Part shown: positions 29,868-39,200 of the stretch, in pieces | Position numbering within the stretch: the stretch's first letter is position 1 | How the letters are laid out: each line of letters opens with the position of its first letter | NCBI GenBank assembly: GCA_023247275.1 | Contig: JAHFGT010000001.1 | Location: forward strand, 6,265 to 70,264 | Origin: Candidatus Omnitrophota bacterium | GTDB lineage: Bacteria > Omnitrophota > Gorgyraeia > Aquiviventales > Aquiviventaceae | Reading direction: 5' to 3' | DNA length: 64,000 nt | Notes under the pieces: model-generated | Database searches by the model: none | What the model was told of the DNA's origin: nothing | What the model saw: only the letters and a program-made list of their open reading frames with translations | Made by a program: the position numbers and the translations under genes

Positions 29868-30820
29868 TCGCCCAGATATTGGATCCGCTCTCCGCCAAAT
29901 CCTTGTTTGAAATGGTTCACACCGGCGGCTGACGGCTGGTCCGGGCTGATCCCTCCGAAATCGAGTCGGCTGGCTCCGCGCTGTTTCAACACATCAAACA
30001 AGGTCGAGATCATCGCGTAGGCCGCGCTCACTCGCCTGCCCTGCGTCCCGGTGGCCGCCGTCATGTAGAACACCTTGTCCCCGATCCGCAGCGTCAGGCA
30101 GGCGGTCACCGGCACGCGGGCCTGATACCCGATTAACACCAGACAATTGGACTGAAACTGGTCAGCGAGGGCTTGCAGGCTCCCCAACTCCACCGCTGGT
30201 AGCCTGGCCTGCTTGACGCGAGACATCTGCGCATACAGGTGCGCGAAATCGTCCAGCAACGCGGAGGAACGACCCATGGTCCATGTGAGTCCTGCGGCCT
30301 GCGACTGCTTCACATAGTACCGGTGCTTGCGGGTCATGGCTGAGCGCAATTCGTCGAGCGACCGGGTGAGGTCCAACTGAATCGTGTAGCCACTGGTCAC
30401 TGGTACGCTGGGTCGCCCGCAGACACGGGTCAAGCCGGCCGCCGCCTCAGCACACACCCGGTGATGACTGGAAAATCTGGCGTAGACCAGCCGGTGATGG
30501 CGACGAAATGATTCCAACCACTCTGACACCAGCGCTCCGGACATCTGGCCGTGACAGTTTGGAAATCCGATCACCGGCCCACCAGGCGTCCAGACCAAGA
30601 AACGATTGAAGAGGAGCTGTTTCTTGAGGACCTGCAGACAGCCAAGCGGCTGGCGGTGCTCATCGATCGCCTGCCATCGCTCAGGTTCCCATCCAGATCG
30701 GCGCTTGTATTCGCCCCAGGCATACGATTGGAACGGGTTGGCGTCCGTGGCTTGGCCGAGCAGCTGGTCCCACGCCGCGGGTGTGGTGTCTTGCGCAGAA
30801 CAGCGAACCCATTCTACCAT
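29798..30820 (-). CDS. FemAB-family / GNAT-fold (Acetyltransf_6) transferase
   Basis: About 340 aa starting MVEWVRCSAQD. The QSYAWGEYKRRSGWEPERW N-terminus and C-terminal GNAT-like region resemble FemX/FemAB-type aminoacyl transferases. The maximal ORF extends to 30889. Confidence 0.5.
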   Translation of the reverse strand: MVEWVRCSAQDTTPAAWDQLLGQATDANPFQSYAWGEYKRRSGWEPERWQAIDEHRQPLGCLQVLKKQLLFNRFLVWTPGGPVIGFPNCHGQMSGALVSEWLESFRRHHRLVYARFSSHHRVCAEAAAGLTRVCGRPSVPVTSGYTIQLDLTRSLDELRSAMTRKHRYYVKQSQAAGLTWTMGRSSALLDDFAHLYAQMSRVKQARLPAVELGSLQALADQFQSNCLVLIGYQARVPVTACLTLRIGDKVFYMTAATGTQGRRVSAAYAMISTLFDVLKQRGASRLDFGGISPDQPSAAGVNHFKQGFGGERIQYLGEWEWALTKAVSWGANQAMRRWLR

Positions 30821-32808
30821 AGGAATCTCACGCACCAGAGTGCGGTTACTCCTCGGCGAGCCGATGTATCGGTCGCGAGATCCGGCCACTGGAAACAGCG
30901 CAATCCCTGCTGGTGCAACGCGGCTCTCGCCTGCTGTAGCTGGCCTGCTGCCCGAAAGGGATAGCCATACGGAACGACCCAGGCCGGCAGCGTGGGAAAT
31001 ATCGGCTGAACACCGACCCTGGCCAACAGGTGTCCCACGAACTGATACAGCTGTTGACGTCGTGTGGTTTCTTGGATCGGATCGACCAGATGAATGTCGT
31101 CAGCCAACAGCGCAGAGGGCCGAGCGGATTCTGGCAGCGTCGTCTCATCGCGGGCGACAGGCCAGAGCGGACGCGTCGAGTCGAGTAGCCATTGGAATCG
31201 GCGCTCACCAAGCCATGGCACCGCGCCCCGCACGGCTTGCTTTATACGGTACCGGACTGGCACATGCCCATCAAACCGGGGCTGCGGCGGCAGGTCAAAT
31301 GAAGAATCCGCCTGCACCGCTAACCCAGCACCATTTGGCAGGGGGATCGTCTTACGGAAGCTAAAAATTCCTAGCGGCGCGCGGGTCCCGAGCCATGCGC
31401 CTGCAGCGTCTTTGCTCAAGAACCCGTGCGCGTTGTCTTCAATGAGCACGGCTCTGGTGCGTCGAGCGTACGCCTCAAACAGAGCCAGGTCTTGTGGGAA
31501 TCCAAAATAGTTGACGGCAATGATCGCGCGCGCCGGTGGCAGCGTTGCTGGATCATCGGCCAGCGCCAGCTTTTCGTTGACCCGATAGAACACCGGCCGC
31601 GCGCCAACCGCGTGCAGGCTTGACAACAGTTCCCGGCAGATCAGCTCAGGCATCAGTACCGCGTCGCCAGGACGAACCTGAATCAGCCGAAGGGCTTGCG
31701 TCAAGGCCCATCGGCCATAGTTAAAGTAGCGCAGCCGCACCCCAGGCCCGAGCAGCGCCTGAATCGACCACGGCTGCTCTGCTCTGGGCAGGACATAGAC
31801 CGATCGGGATCGGGGACAGCCACCGATCTCCGATTGTTTGATGGAAGAGATCGGTGGCTGTCCCCGATTCCCGGTGATTCGGATCAAGACCTGACGGGCG
31901 CACCGGCTGGCAAGCCAGGGCCATCGATTCGCAACGAACGACTCGAGCTGGAGCGGATACGGATGTGGCGCCAGACGCAGGTCCGGATGAAACCACAACT
32001 CAGAATATCCCGCAACAATCTCACACCGGCCGCCACGAAACGATCGCCACCGCTGTGTCCACGCTCGAGCCGACAAACGGTTCAGCTCCATGATCCCGGT
32101 GGATCCTCGACGATGAAACCGTTTGCCGAAGAGCCGATACACGGCGCGCAGCCCGAGCGCCGGGTTCAGATTATGGAGTTCGATCAAACACCGCGATTGC
32201 AACACTCGATCGCATTCCTCCTGGAACTTGGCGAACACAGTCTCTGGCAGATGCTGCAGTGTCTGCACACTCCACAACCCGGTGATGGTCGCATCGCGAA
32301 TCGGCAGCGCGGCCGCATCCGCGCAGACCAGCACCACACGAGGATGGGAGCCGAGCACCTGTTGCGCGAGCCGCAGATTGCCCAGCGATAGATCGACCCC
32401 GAGGATCCGTGCCCCGCTGGTCTGGGATAACCAATGCCATCCGTAGCCGATTCCCACATCCAAGATCCACTGGTCTGCCGCCCAGCGACGGTAGAATGCG
32501 CTGGCCTGTTGAGCCATGACCGGCAGACAGTGGTGTTGAGCGGCCCTGCGGAGCAATGCGTCACGCGTGGCATGCTGCTGCGTCATGGCTTGAGCCTCTC
32601 GAAATCGGATCTCTGACGCTTGCGCAGGACGATGACCAGGCAACAGCATCGGGATTCCATCGAGAATCGGATACCGCTGGTCGCATCCTGCGCAGCGAAT
32701 CCGGTCGGCAGACTCGAGCGCCAATTGGGCGTGGCAGGCTGGACAGGCCAGCACCTCTGAGAGAGCCTGTTGCAGCGGTTCGCTCTCAAGCAGCGTGTGG
32801 GTGTCCAT
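30814..32808 (-). CDS. Tri-domain protein: Trm112-like zinc ribbon + class I SAM methyltransferase + DegT/DnrJ/EryC1-like PLP aminotransferase domain
   Basis: CPACHAQL...CAGCDQRYPILDGIPMLL is a Trm112/DUF343 ribbon. ILDVGIGYGWHW is methyltransferase motif I. The C-terminal GDAVLMPELICREL...AIIAVNYFGFPQD...VLIEDNAHGF...FSFRKTIPLPNGAGLAV is colinear with DegT/ArnB-type aminotransferases and retains a Lys. The maximal ORF extends to 33009. The Met at 32808 gives a TGATG junction. Confidence 0.7.
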   Translation of the reverse strand: MDTHTLLESEPLQQALSEVLACPACHAQLALESADRIRCAGCDQRYPILDGIPMLLPGHRPAQASEIRFREAQAMTQQHATRDALLRRAAQHHCLPVMAQQASAFYRRWAADQWILDVGIGYGWHWLSQTSGARILGVDLSLGNLRLAQQVLGSHPRVVLVCADAAALPIRDATITGLWSVQTLQHLPETVFAKFQEECDRVLQSRCLIELHNLNPALGLRAVYRLFGKRFHRRGSTGIMELNRLSARAWTQRWRSFRGGRCEIVAGYSELWFHPDLRLAPHPYPLQLESFVANRWPWLASRCARQVLIRITGNRGQPPISSIKQSEIGGCPRSRSVYVLPRAEQPWSIQALLGPGVRLRYFNYGRWALTQALRLIQVRPGDAVLMPELICRELLSSLHAVGARPVFYRVNEKLALADDPATLPPARAIIAVNYFGFPQDLALFEAYARRTRAVLIEDNAHGFLSKDAAGAWLGTRAPLGIFSFRKTIPLPNGAGLAVQADSSFDLPPQPRFDGHVPVRYRIKQAVRGAVPWLGERRFQWLLDSTRPLWPVARDETTLPESARPSALLADDIHLVDPIQETTRRQQLYQFVGHLLARVGVQPIFPTLPAWVVPYGYPFRAAGQLQQARAALHQQGLRCFQWPDLATDTSARRGVTALWCVRFLW

Positions 32809-33722
32809 TACCGTCGCACCCGCGCCAGATTGAGCAGGCCTAAGACGCACGTCTTCCAGGCGAATGGATCTTGCTCTAGCGCCTGCCCAAAGCTGTGCCA
32901 GGCGCGGGCATGGTCGCCCTGTTGCATCAAGGCATGTGCCGCGCCGCGGATCGCCGCCGCGCGCTGCCGCCGCATGGCATACCGGTATCGGAGCGATCGA
33001 TTCGTCCACTGTTGGTAGTGCGCGTCCAACACCGCCAGCACATGGTCGCGATGCTCCTCGATCCGGCTGGTCACGCCCAGCGGATGGACCCGGTAGACGC
33101 CGAGCGGTTCATGCAGGTAGGTGAATCGACCGCCGGCTTTGGCCAGGCGCAACCATAGATCATAGTCTTCGACGCCGTTGATTCGCAGCTCCTCGGAAAA
33201 CCCGCCCACGTCGAGGACAAGCCGCCGCCGCACCACGGTCGCGGACGTTGACAGGCAGTTCCCGCGAAACAAGAGCTGATCGTATCGTCGATGCGGCCCG
33301 TACCGCAGCCGCGATCGATGGCCATTCTCTCGCACCAACCACTCGTCATGACACACAAGGTCGATCGCGGGATCGTTCTCCAACACCGCGCTGACCCGCT
33401 CTAACTTGCGGTCCACCCAATAGTCATCCGCATCCAAAAACGCCACGAACCGACCGCTCGCCGCCTGGATCCCGGTGTTGCGCGCCGCGCCGATGCCCTG
33501 ATGTGGTTGAGTGCACAGCCGGATGACGACGTCCGGATGGTCGCGTCTCCAGGCGTCGGCGAGATCACGCGTTCGGTCGGTTGACCCGTCGTCGACCACT
33601 ACGACTTCATCCGCTCGACAGGTCTGCTGCTGGACAGAATCCAGCGCCTGGGTGATGAACCGCTCAGCGTTACGGGCAGGAATGATGACGCTATACAAGG
33701 ACATCGGCGACGGCAGCCGCAA
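32808..33722 (-). CDS. Family-2 glycosyltransferase
   Basis: YSVIIPARNAERFITQALDSVQQQ...VVVVDDGSTDRT...FLDADD. Confidence 0.8.
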   Translation of the reverse strand: MRLPSPMSLYSVIIPARNAERFITQALDSVQQQTCRADEVVVVDDGSTDRTRDLADAWRRDHPDVVIRLCTQPHQGIGAARNTGIQAASGRFVAFLDADDYWVDRKLERVSAVLENDPAIDLVCHDEWLVRENGHRSRLRYGPHRRYDQLLFRGNCLSTSATVVRRRLVLDVGGFSEELRINGVEDYDLWLRLAKAGGRFTYLHEPLGVYRVHPLGVTSRIEEHRDHVLAVLDAHYQQWTNRSLRYRYAMRRQRAAAIRGAAHALMQQGDHARAWHSFGQALEQDPFAWKTCVLGLLNLARVRR

Positions 33723-35556
33723 CGGTCCGGGTCCCGGCAGAGAATAACTGCTCGCGCATGTAGGCTCTCTCAGCGGGTGATGGCATACCCTGGTGTGGAT
33801 GCTGGCACCAGCGCTCGAGCGCTGTCCGCAGTTCGCCGATCGATCCGAATCGCGGAATCGCCATCACAGCAGCCAACGCCGCGCTGTTAAAACCGGTCGG
33901 CAGCCATTGCCACACCGGTTTGCCGAGCACGAACGCCTCTTCAGCGACGGTCGAATACGTAAACAACACCAGGTCCGCCGCACGCACATCGTCATCGAGC
34001 GGCGCCTGGCTGATAGTGATGCGCTCGTTCCATTTGGTAATGGCCGGGTGGCGACTGATGGGCTGCAAGGGATGCGGTCGCAGGCGGATGCGAATCTGCG
34101 CCATGCCGTCTGTCGCTGCGCACACCGCATCGACTAACTCCAGTTCAGTCGCCAGGTCAAATCCAAGTGCGACGAGAATCTCGAGCGGCCGAGCGCCACC
34201 CGCTGCCAAGGATACCGGACCGCGCGTCAAGGCAATCGCTCGCAGATACTCATAGCGCGGGGTGCCGGTCGGGACGAGCTGCTGACGGGAATACCCGCAG
34301 GTGCGCAGCACCCGCTGGGCCCATGTGCCCATCGTGCACACCATCGCTGGATGCGGAACCGCCACGCCATCCGGCCGCCCCTGAAACTCGAGCGTCGGGT
34401 GCAGCAATAAGAACGTTTTTTCGTGGCTATAGCTTGCGTGTTGGACCGCCCACGAAGTCGTCCCGACCGCCGCGCGCTGCGCGCCCTCATAACAGGCCCG
34501 GGCGTGCGGAAAATGTTCCAGGAAGCTGAGCATCAGTGTCGGCCGATATCGCTGGCACGCACGCTGGGTGGCCAGCGCGACCACCCCCCCATGGGGCAGA
34601 CTGGAATCCAATGTCCCTTGGATCAGCTTGTCAGAGAACAGCGGATAATAGTTCAGCCCGTCCCGCCAACAGGCCGCACGTAACGCCCCAGACTGGTGGA
34701 ATTGCCGCACGATCCACCACGGACGCAGATCCATGAGCGCTGTGCATACCTCCTGCCACCGCAAGAGCGACTGGAGCATCACAACCTGGTCCGTGGCCTG
34801 GGACGTAGGCTGCGCTTGGTGCGGATCATACCAGGCCAACCATCCGCAGGAGATCTGCTGGCTACGAAGCTCGGTTGGCAACTGCCCAAAATATTTGTCA
34901 ACGAGCTTCCCGGTCGTTTGATCCCACCGCACGCTCCAACTCCAAAACCCGCACAACGCCACTTGAAACGATCGACCTGGAAGGCTGCGGCGGCGCAAGC
35001 GCCTGCAGTCGCGCAAGAGCCGGGCTCCATACCGCAGGCGCGTGGCGATGGCTCGGATCATGTCCACCCATCCATGGGACCGACGCTGGCTTCGTTCCAC
35101 CACATGAAATCGGGTTTTCAGTACCGCCACGATTCGAGCTGGGGCGCCATCGAGAATCAGGCGATCGCATCGCGCCTGGGCCGCGGTCGCGCAAATTGTC
35201 AGAATCGCGATGAGGTCGTTAAAGGTTGGGTCGACCTCGCAATCTTTGAACGTGACCGGATGAAACCACCATCGACTCGCGTGCCCTGGCACGGTGAGTC
35301 GCTGACGCAACGTCTGCCCGTCACGATCGGTAGCCAGACCCAGCCGTGCGACCAAGTGGACATACAATCGACGGGCCGTTGTCCGCACCCCCTGTGAAGC
35401 GACCCGTGCCCGGACCACGGTATGGGGAGATCGGACGGCTAACGCTTCCTCTTGAATCGGTGGGAGAAAACTGAGGATCGCGGCGGACGTAACAAACGCC
35501 TGTCGCGGCGGCTCGCGCCAACAGACCCAGACGGACCGCTGGCCAGCCGCCATCAC
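33691..35556 (-). CDS. Large TagF-like (CDP-glycerol glycerophosphotransferase family) or capsule-type transferase, tentative
   Basis: 621 aa. The C-terminal RLRPHP...ADLVLFTYSTVAEEAFVLGKPV resembles the TagF/Glyphos_transf motifs (IKPHP...DLLITDYSS...KPIIFY). Confidence 0.35.
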   Translation of the reverse strand: MMAAGQRSVWVCWREPPRQAFVTSAAILSFLPPIQEEALAVRSPHTVVRARVASQGVRTTARRLYVHLVARLGLATDRDGQTLRQRLTVPGHASRWWFHPVTFKDCEVDPTFNDLIAILTICATAAQARCDRLILDGAPARIVAVLKTRFHVVERSQRRSHGWVDMIRAIATRLRYGARLLRDCRRLRRRSLPGRSFQVALCGFWSWSVRWDQTTGKLVDKYFGQLPTELRSQQISCGWLAWYDPHQAQPTSQATDQVVMLQSLLRWQEVCTALMDLRPWWIVRQFHQSGALRAACWRDGLNYYPLFSDKLIQGTLDSSLPHGGVVALATQRACQRYRPTLMLSFLEHFPHARACYEGAQRAAVGTTSWAVQHASYSHEKTFLLLHPTLEFQGRPDGVAVPHPAMVCTMGTWAQRVLRTCGYSRQQLVPTGTPRYEYLRAIALTRGPVSLAAGGARPLEILVALGFDLATELELVDAVCAATDGMAQIRIRLRPHPLQPISRHPAITKWNERITISQAPLDDDVRAADLVLFTYSTVAEEAFVLGKPVWQWLPTGFNSAALAAVMAIPRFGSIGELRTALERWCQHPHQGMPSPAERAYMREQLFSAGTRTVAAAVADVLV

Positions 35557-37469
35557 GCACCCGAAGGGACGACGTCGGTCGTCGGATTGACCGCGAGGAT
35601 CACCTTGAGATGGGTGCGGGCGCGCGCCAGTTGCCAGGCATGTTCAAATGCCTGCATCGGCAGTGTGTGTTGGAGCAACGCCGTGGTGTCGATCGTTGGC
35701 AGCAGGTTAATCGCTTCTTCGAAATCTACGCCAGCGCTTGCCACCGAGCCGATGAGGGTTTTGTCAGATCCTACGATGTCTTCAAAATTGTACGGCCGGC
35801 GGGCATACGGCAACCCGAGCAGCAAGATCGTGGATCCCGGCGCAGATTGGCGCAAGATCCTCTCAAGCGAATCAGGATCTCCGGTTGCCTCAATGATCAC
35901 GCTAACATCGCGAAGCGAATCCAATCCCTGCGCACTCCTCATGTTGGTGGCCGTCAGGAGCCTGAGCCGATCAACGCGCTGATCCACAACGATCACGTGA
36001 TGACCTCGACGCGCCAGCACCTGCGCGACCAGATGCCCGATCGGCCCGGCTCCGATCACCGCGCAGCTCTTCGGTCCACTAGGGCCCCAGGCAGATTCCA
36101 ATCGCCGGAGCCCTTTCAAGACGACAGCGAGCGGTTCGCAGAGTGCGGCGGCTTTTAAACTCACCTGGTCTGGAAGCCGATGGACGCACCGAGCCGGCAC
36201 GATCAGATAGTCGGCATAGCCGCCGTGATGGCCGATGACCCCTACCTCCTGGCGCTCAGGACACTGAACCGTGTCGCCGGCGCGACAGACAGCGCACTCT
36301 CCACAGCCTTGAAGGCACTCGACCACGACCCGATCCCCCTCAGCCCACTCAGTGACCCGAGATCCGCTCGCCGCGATCACCCCAGAGCATTCGTGTCCTG
36401 GCACGACCGGATAGCTGGCTTGTCCTGACCGGTAATAGCCTAACGTCCCGTCGAGGATGTCCAGGTCCGTCGCGCACACACCTTCGTACGCCACCCGGAT
36501 CAACACCTCGCTGGGCTTGAGCAGAGGCAGTTCGAGCTGCTCAAGGCTGGCCTGCCCTGGCCCACGAATCACGACCGCTGGATACGACACGCGAAACAAC
36601 AGCCGGGCCTGCGCCGACTCGTTCGATGCCTGATGCCCGTTCCATAACCCGGTCGCGGTCCCGACAAACTTCTGCCATCGAAACTGTGCGATCTCAGCGC
36701 CTCGGGTCTGGAGGCAACGGCCATGCCACGCATGGGCCAGATCGCCGATCAGATAACGCAGTTCGCGCCAGGCTTCCCCGGTGACATCCCAGGGCTGTTT
36801 CAGCCCGAGCGTCTTGGCCGCCTGCGCCTCTCGGTAATATCGTCGAAACACCTGCGGCCAGGTTTCGCGATGGAGATGGCAGACGCTGGCCGCTGGTTCA
36901 TAGATGACCTGGTACCCTTGCTGCATCCAATGCTTGGCCCATTCGATATCCTCAAGACCTGGCAACCGCTCATCAAACGGATGCTGCTCCCACAGCTCTC
37001 GCCGCAGCGCCGCGTTGGCGTTATTCGCGAAAAACCGCGGAGACGTCAGGACCTGTCGACAGCCTCCAAACGTCCGCCGAAAGTCACGCGCCTCGCCCAG
37101 CTTGGAGTCCTGATGACCTTCCTGCCGCCCATACACCATGGCGGTCTGCTCCTCGCGAAGCGCAGCAATCAGATGTGTCAACCAGTCAGGGCCTGTCGGC
37201 AGCGCATGCGCAGAAACGATGACCAGATACCGACCCTGACTGTTGCGGATTCCGACATTGGCAGAGTAGCCGAAGGTGAAGTCCTGTTGCCGAATCCGTA
37301 CGAGCCGGTCAGCGCGCTCCTGCGCGATGGCGCGCGTGCGGTCGATCGACCCTGAGTCCACGACAATGGTCTCAACATCCTGGTAGGTCTGCGCGGCGAG
37401 TCGGTCGAACAACGCCGGCAAGAGGGCTTCTTCGTTATAGGTGCGGATAATAATCGAGGTCTCAGCCAT
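35553..37469 (-). CDS. Fusion protein: N-terminal family-2 glycosyltransferase plus C-terminal zinc-dependent medium-chain dehydrogenase (MDR/ADH)
   Basis: The first roughly 280 aa are GT2 (MAETSIIIRTYNEEALL...VVDSGSIDRT). They are followed by GVCATDLDILDG...GHECSGVIAASG and the Rossmann motif VIGAGPIGHLVAQV. The maximal ORF extends to 37643. Confidence 0.75.
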   Translation of the reverse strand: MAETSIIIRTYNEEALLPALFDRLAAQTYQDVETIVVDSGSIDRTRAIAQERADRLVRIRQQDFTFGYSANVGIRNSQGRYLVIVSAHALPTGPDWLTHLIAALREEQTAMVYGRQEGHQDSKLGEARDFRRTFGGCRQVLTSPRFFANNANAALRRELWEQHPFDERLPGLEDIEWAKHWMQQGYQVIYEPAASVCHLHRETWPQVFRRYYREAQAAKTLGLKQPWDVTGEAWRELRYLIGDLAHAWHGRCLQTRGAEIAQFRWQKFVGTATGLWNGHQASNESAQARLLFRVSYPAVVIRGPGQASLEQLELPLLKPSEVLIRVAYEGVCATDLDILDGTLGYYRSGQASYPVVPGHECSGVIAASGSRVTEWAEGDRVVVECLQGCGECAVCRAGDTVQCPERQEVGVIGHHGGYADYLIVPARCVHRLPDQVSLKAAALCEPLAVVLKGLRRLESAWGPSGPKSCAVIGAGPIGHLVAQVLARRGHHVIVVDQRVDRLRLLTATNMRSAQGLDSLRDVSVIIEATGDPDSLERILRQSAPGSTILLLGLPYARRPYNFEDIVGSDKTLIGSVASAGVDFEEAINLLPTIDTTALLQHTLPMQAFEHAWQLARARTHLKVILAVNPTTDVVPSGA

Positions 37470-38424
37470 GGGCGGATGTCTGCGCAACCGGTCGGTGTAA
37501 GACGTCCAGCAGATTTCGGATCGTGCGTTCGTGCACCGCAGTCGCGGCTTGGGGGCTGCTGTTCGCGTTGTGCGGAGCCAGCCAACAGTTGGGCAGTCGA
37601 CGGAGCGGGCTGTCCGCCGGCAACGGCTCAACGTCGAACACATCCAACGCCGCGCCGGCGATTCGTCTTTGCTCCAGGGCGCGCACCAACGCGGATTCCT
37701 CTATCACCGGCCCGCGCGAGGTATTCACGATCACAGCGGTCGGTTTCATGCGCGCGAACGCCGACTCGTCCATCAAATGAAACGAGGTGGGGTTCAGTGA
37801 CGGGTTCAGACTGATACAATCGGCCTCGCGCAGGAGCTGGTCACGTGCCACCATCTGGATCCCGGTACTGGCGACAAATGGCTGTGGTAGCTCTACCGGA
37901 TCATGTCCCAACACCCGCATGCCGAACGCGACCGCCCGACGCACCACCGCCTTGCCGCAATTGCCGACGCCGATCACCCCCAATGTGCGCTCCCGCAGCG
38001 AGACGAGTTCCGGCTTGATCCATTGGCCCTCATGCATCTGCGCATTCATCTCGGCCAGCCGACGGGCAAACAGCAGCAGATATCCCATGACCGTATCAGC
38101 CACTGGTTCACTAAACGCGTTCGGCGTATTGCACACTACGATCCCGCGTTGAGCCGCCGCCTCAAGGTCAATCGAATCGATTCCAGTGCCCCACTTTGAG
38201 ATGACCTTCAGCCGTGGTGCAGCCTCCAGCACCTGGCGCGTCAGCCGATCATCCCCGCAGATGATCCCGTCGATATCACCCACCACCGGCAACAATTCAG
38301 CCTCGCTCAGCCGTTCCTGGACGCGCGCGACAATGACCTCGCATCCAGCGGCTTCCAACGCTGCGCGGTACCGGTCAATCACCGATATGGCATACGGAGC
38401 AGAGATCAGCACCCGGTCGCTCAT
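37462..38424 (-). CDS. D-isomer-specific 2-hydroxyacid dehydrogenase family protein
   Basis: GIVVCNTPNAFSEPVADTVMGYLL and the NAD motif TLGVIGVGNCGKAV. Catalytic R/E/H region. Confidence 0.85.
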   Translation of the reverse strand: MSDRVLISAPYAISVIDRYRAALEAAGCEVIVARVQERLSEAELLPVVGDIDGIICGDDRLTRQVLEAAPRLKVISKWGTGIDSIDLEAAAQRGIVVCNTPNAFSEPVADTVMGYLLLFARRLAEMNAQMHEGQWIKPELVSLRERTLGVIGVGNCGKAVVRRAVAFGMRVLGHDPVELPQPFVASTGIQMVARDQLLREADCISLNPSLNPTSFHLMDESAFARMKPTAVIVNTSRGPVIEESALVRALEQRRIAGAALDVFDVEPLPADSPLRRLPNCWLAPHNANSSPQAATAVHERTIRNLLDVLHRPVAQTSAHG

Positions 38425-39200
38425 TGCGCCGCGGCCGCCTGTCTGTAGCGAGCGATCAGCGGATCGTTCGCCAGCATCGCTTCAACGCTGGGCACATCAT
38501 CCGGCACATCAACCGCCTGGCTGAACCGATCGGTCTCAACCAAGCGCACGCGATACCCATGCTCCAAGAGCCGCAGCATATCGATCGACTCAGCCTGCTC
38601 CAATGGCGTTGGTGGCAGCGTAGCGTAGCGCAGCAACAGGTCCCGCCGGAATGGAATGACGCACACCTGCTTGTAATAGCGCGGATGGCTTGGCAATTCA
38701 CCGGGCGATGATCGGCGAGCCGGAATAACCGCCCGCGAAAAATACAGCGCGTCCCCGCGCGCTGACTGCACCACTTTAATCGTGTTCCAATCCTGTAACT
38801 CGCGCGCCGATCGGATCGGCGCGACCAGATTCACACACCCGACCGCCGGCTCGCGCGCCAACGGCTCGATGGCCGCATCGATCATTTCCGGGACGATCAA
38901 TGGTTCATCACCTTGGACCATCACGATGAGGTCCGCCGTCAACCCCTGCGCGGCCTCAGCGACTCGATCGCTCGCACGCTCATGAGCGGACGAGGTCATC
39001 ACCGCGTGCCCCCCAAACCGCTCAACCGCGGCGGCGATGGCGTCATCACACGTCGCCACCACCACATCGTCCAACGAGTCGCACAGCCGGGTGCGCCAAT
39101 AGACATGTTCGATCATCGGCCGGCCGGCGATCAGCGTCAGTGGTTTGCCAGGGAATCGGGTTGACCCAAGCCTGGCCGGGATGATCGCCGCGATCTTCAT
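38421..39200 (-). CDS. kdsB: 3-deoxy-manno-octulosonate cytidylyltransferase (CMP-Kdo synthetase) family
   Basis: MKIAAIIPARLGSTRFPGKPL...QGDEPL...YFSRAVIP. Colinear with E. coli KdsB. Confidence 0.8.
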   Translation of the reverse strand: MKIAAIIPARLGSTRFPGKPLTLIAGRPMIEHVYWRTRLCDSLDDVVVATCDDAIAAAVERFGGHAVMTSSAHERASDRVAEAAQGLTADLIVMVQGDEPLIVPEMIDAAIEPLAREPAVGCVNLVAPIRSARELQDWNTIKVVQSARGDALYFSRAVIPARRSSPGELPSHPRYYKQVCVIPFRRDLLLRYATLPPTPLEQAESIDMLRLLEHGYRVRLVETDRFSQAVDVPDDVPSVEAMLANDPLIARYRQAAAAQ

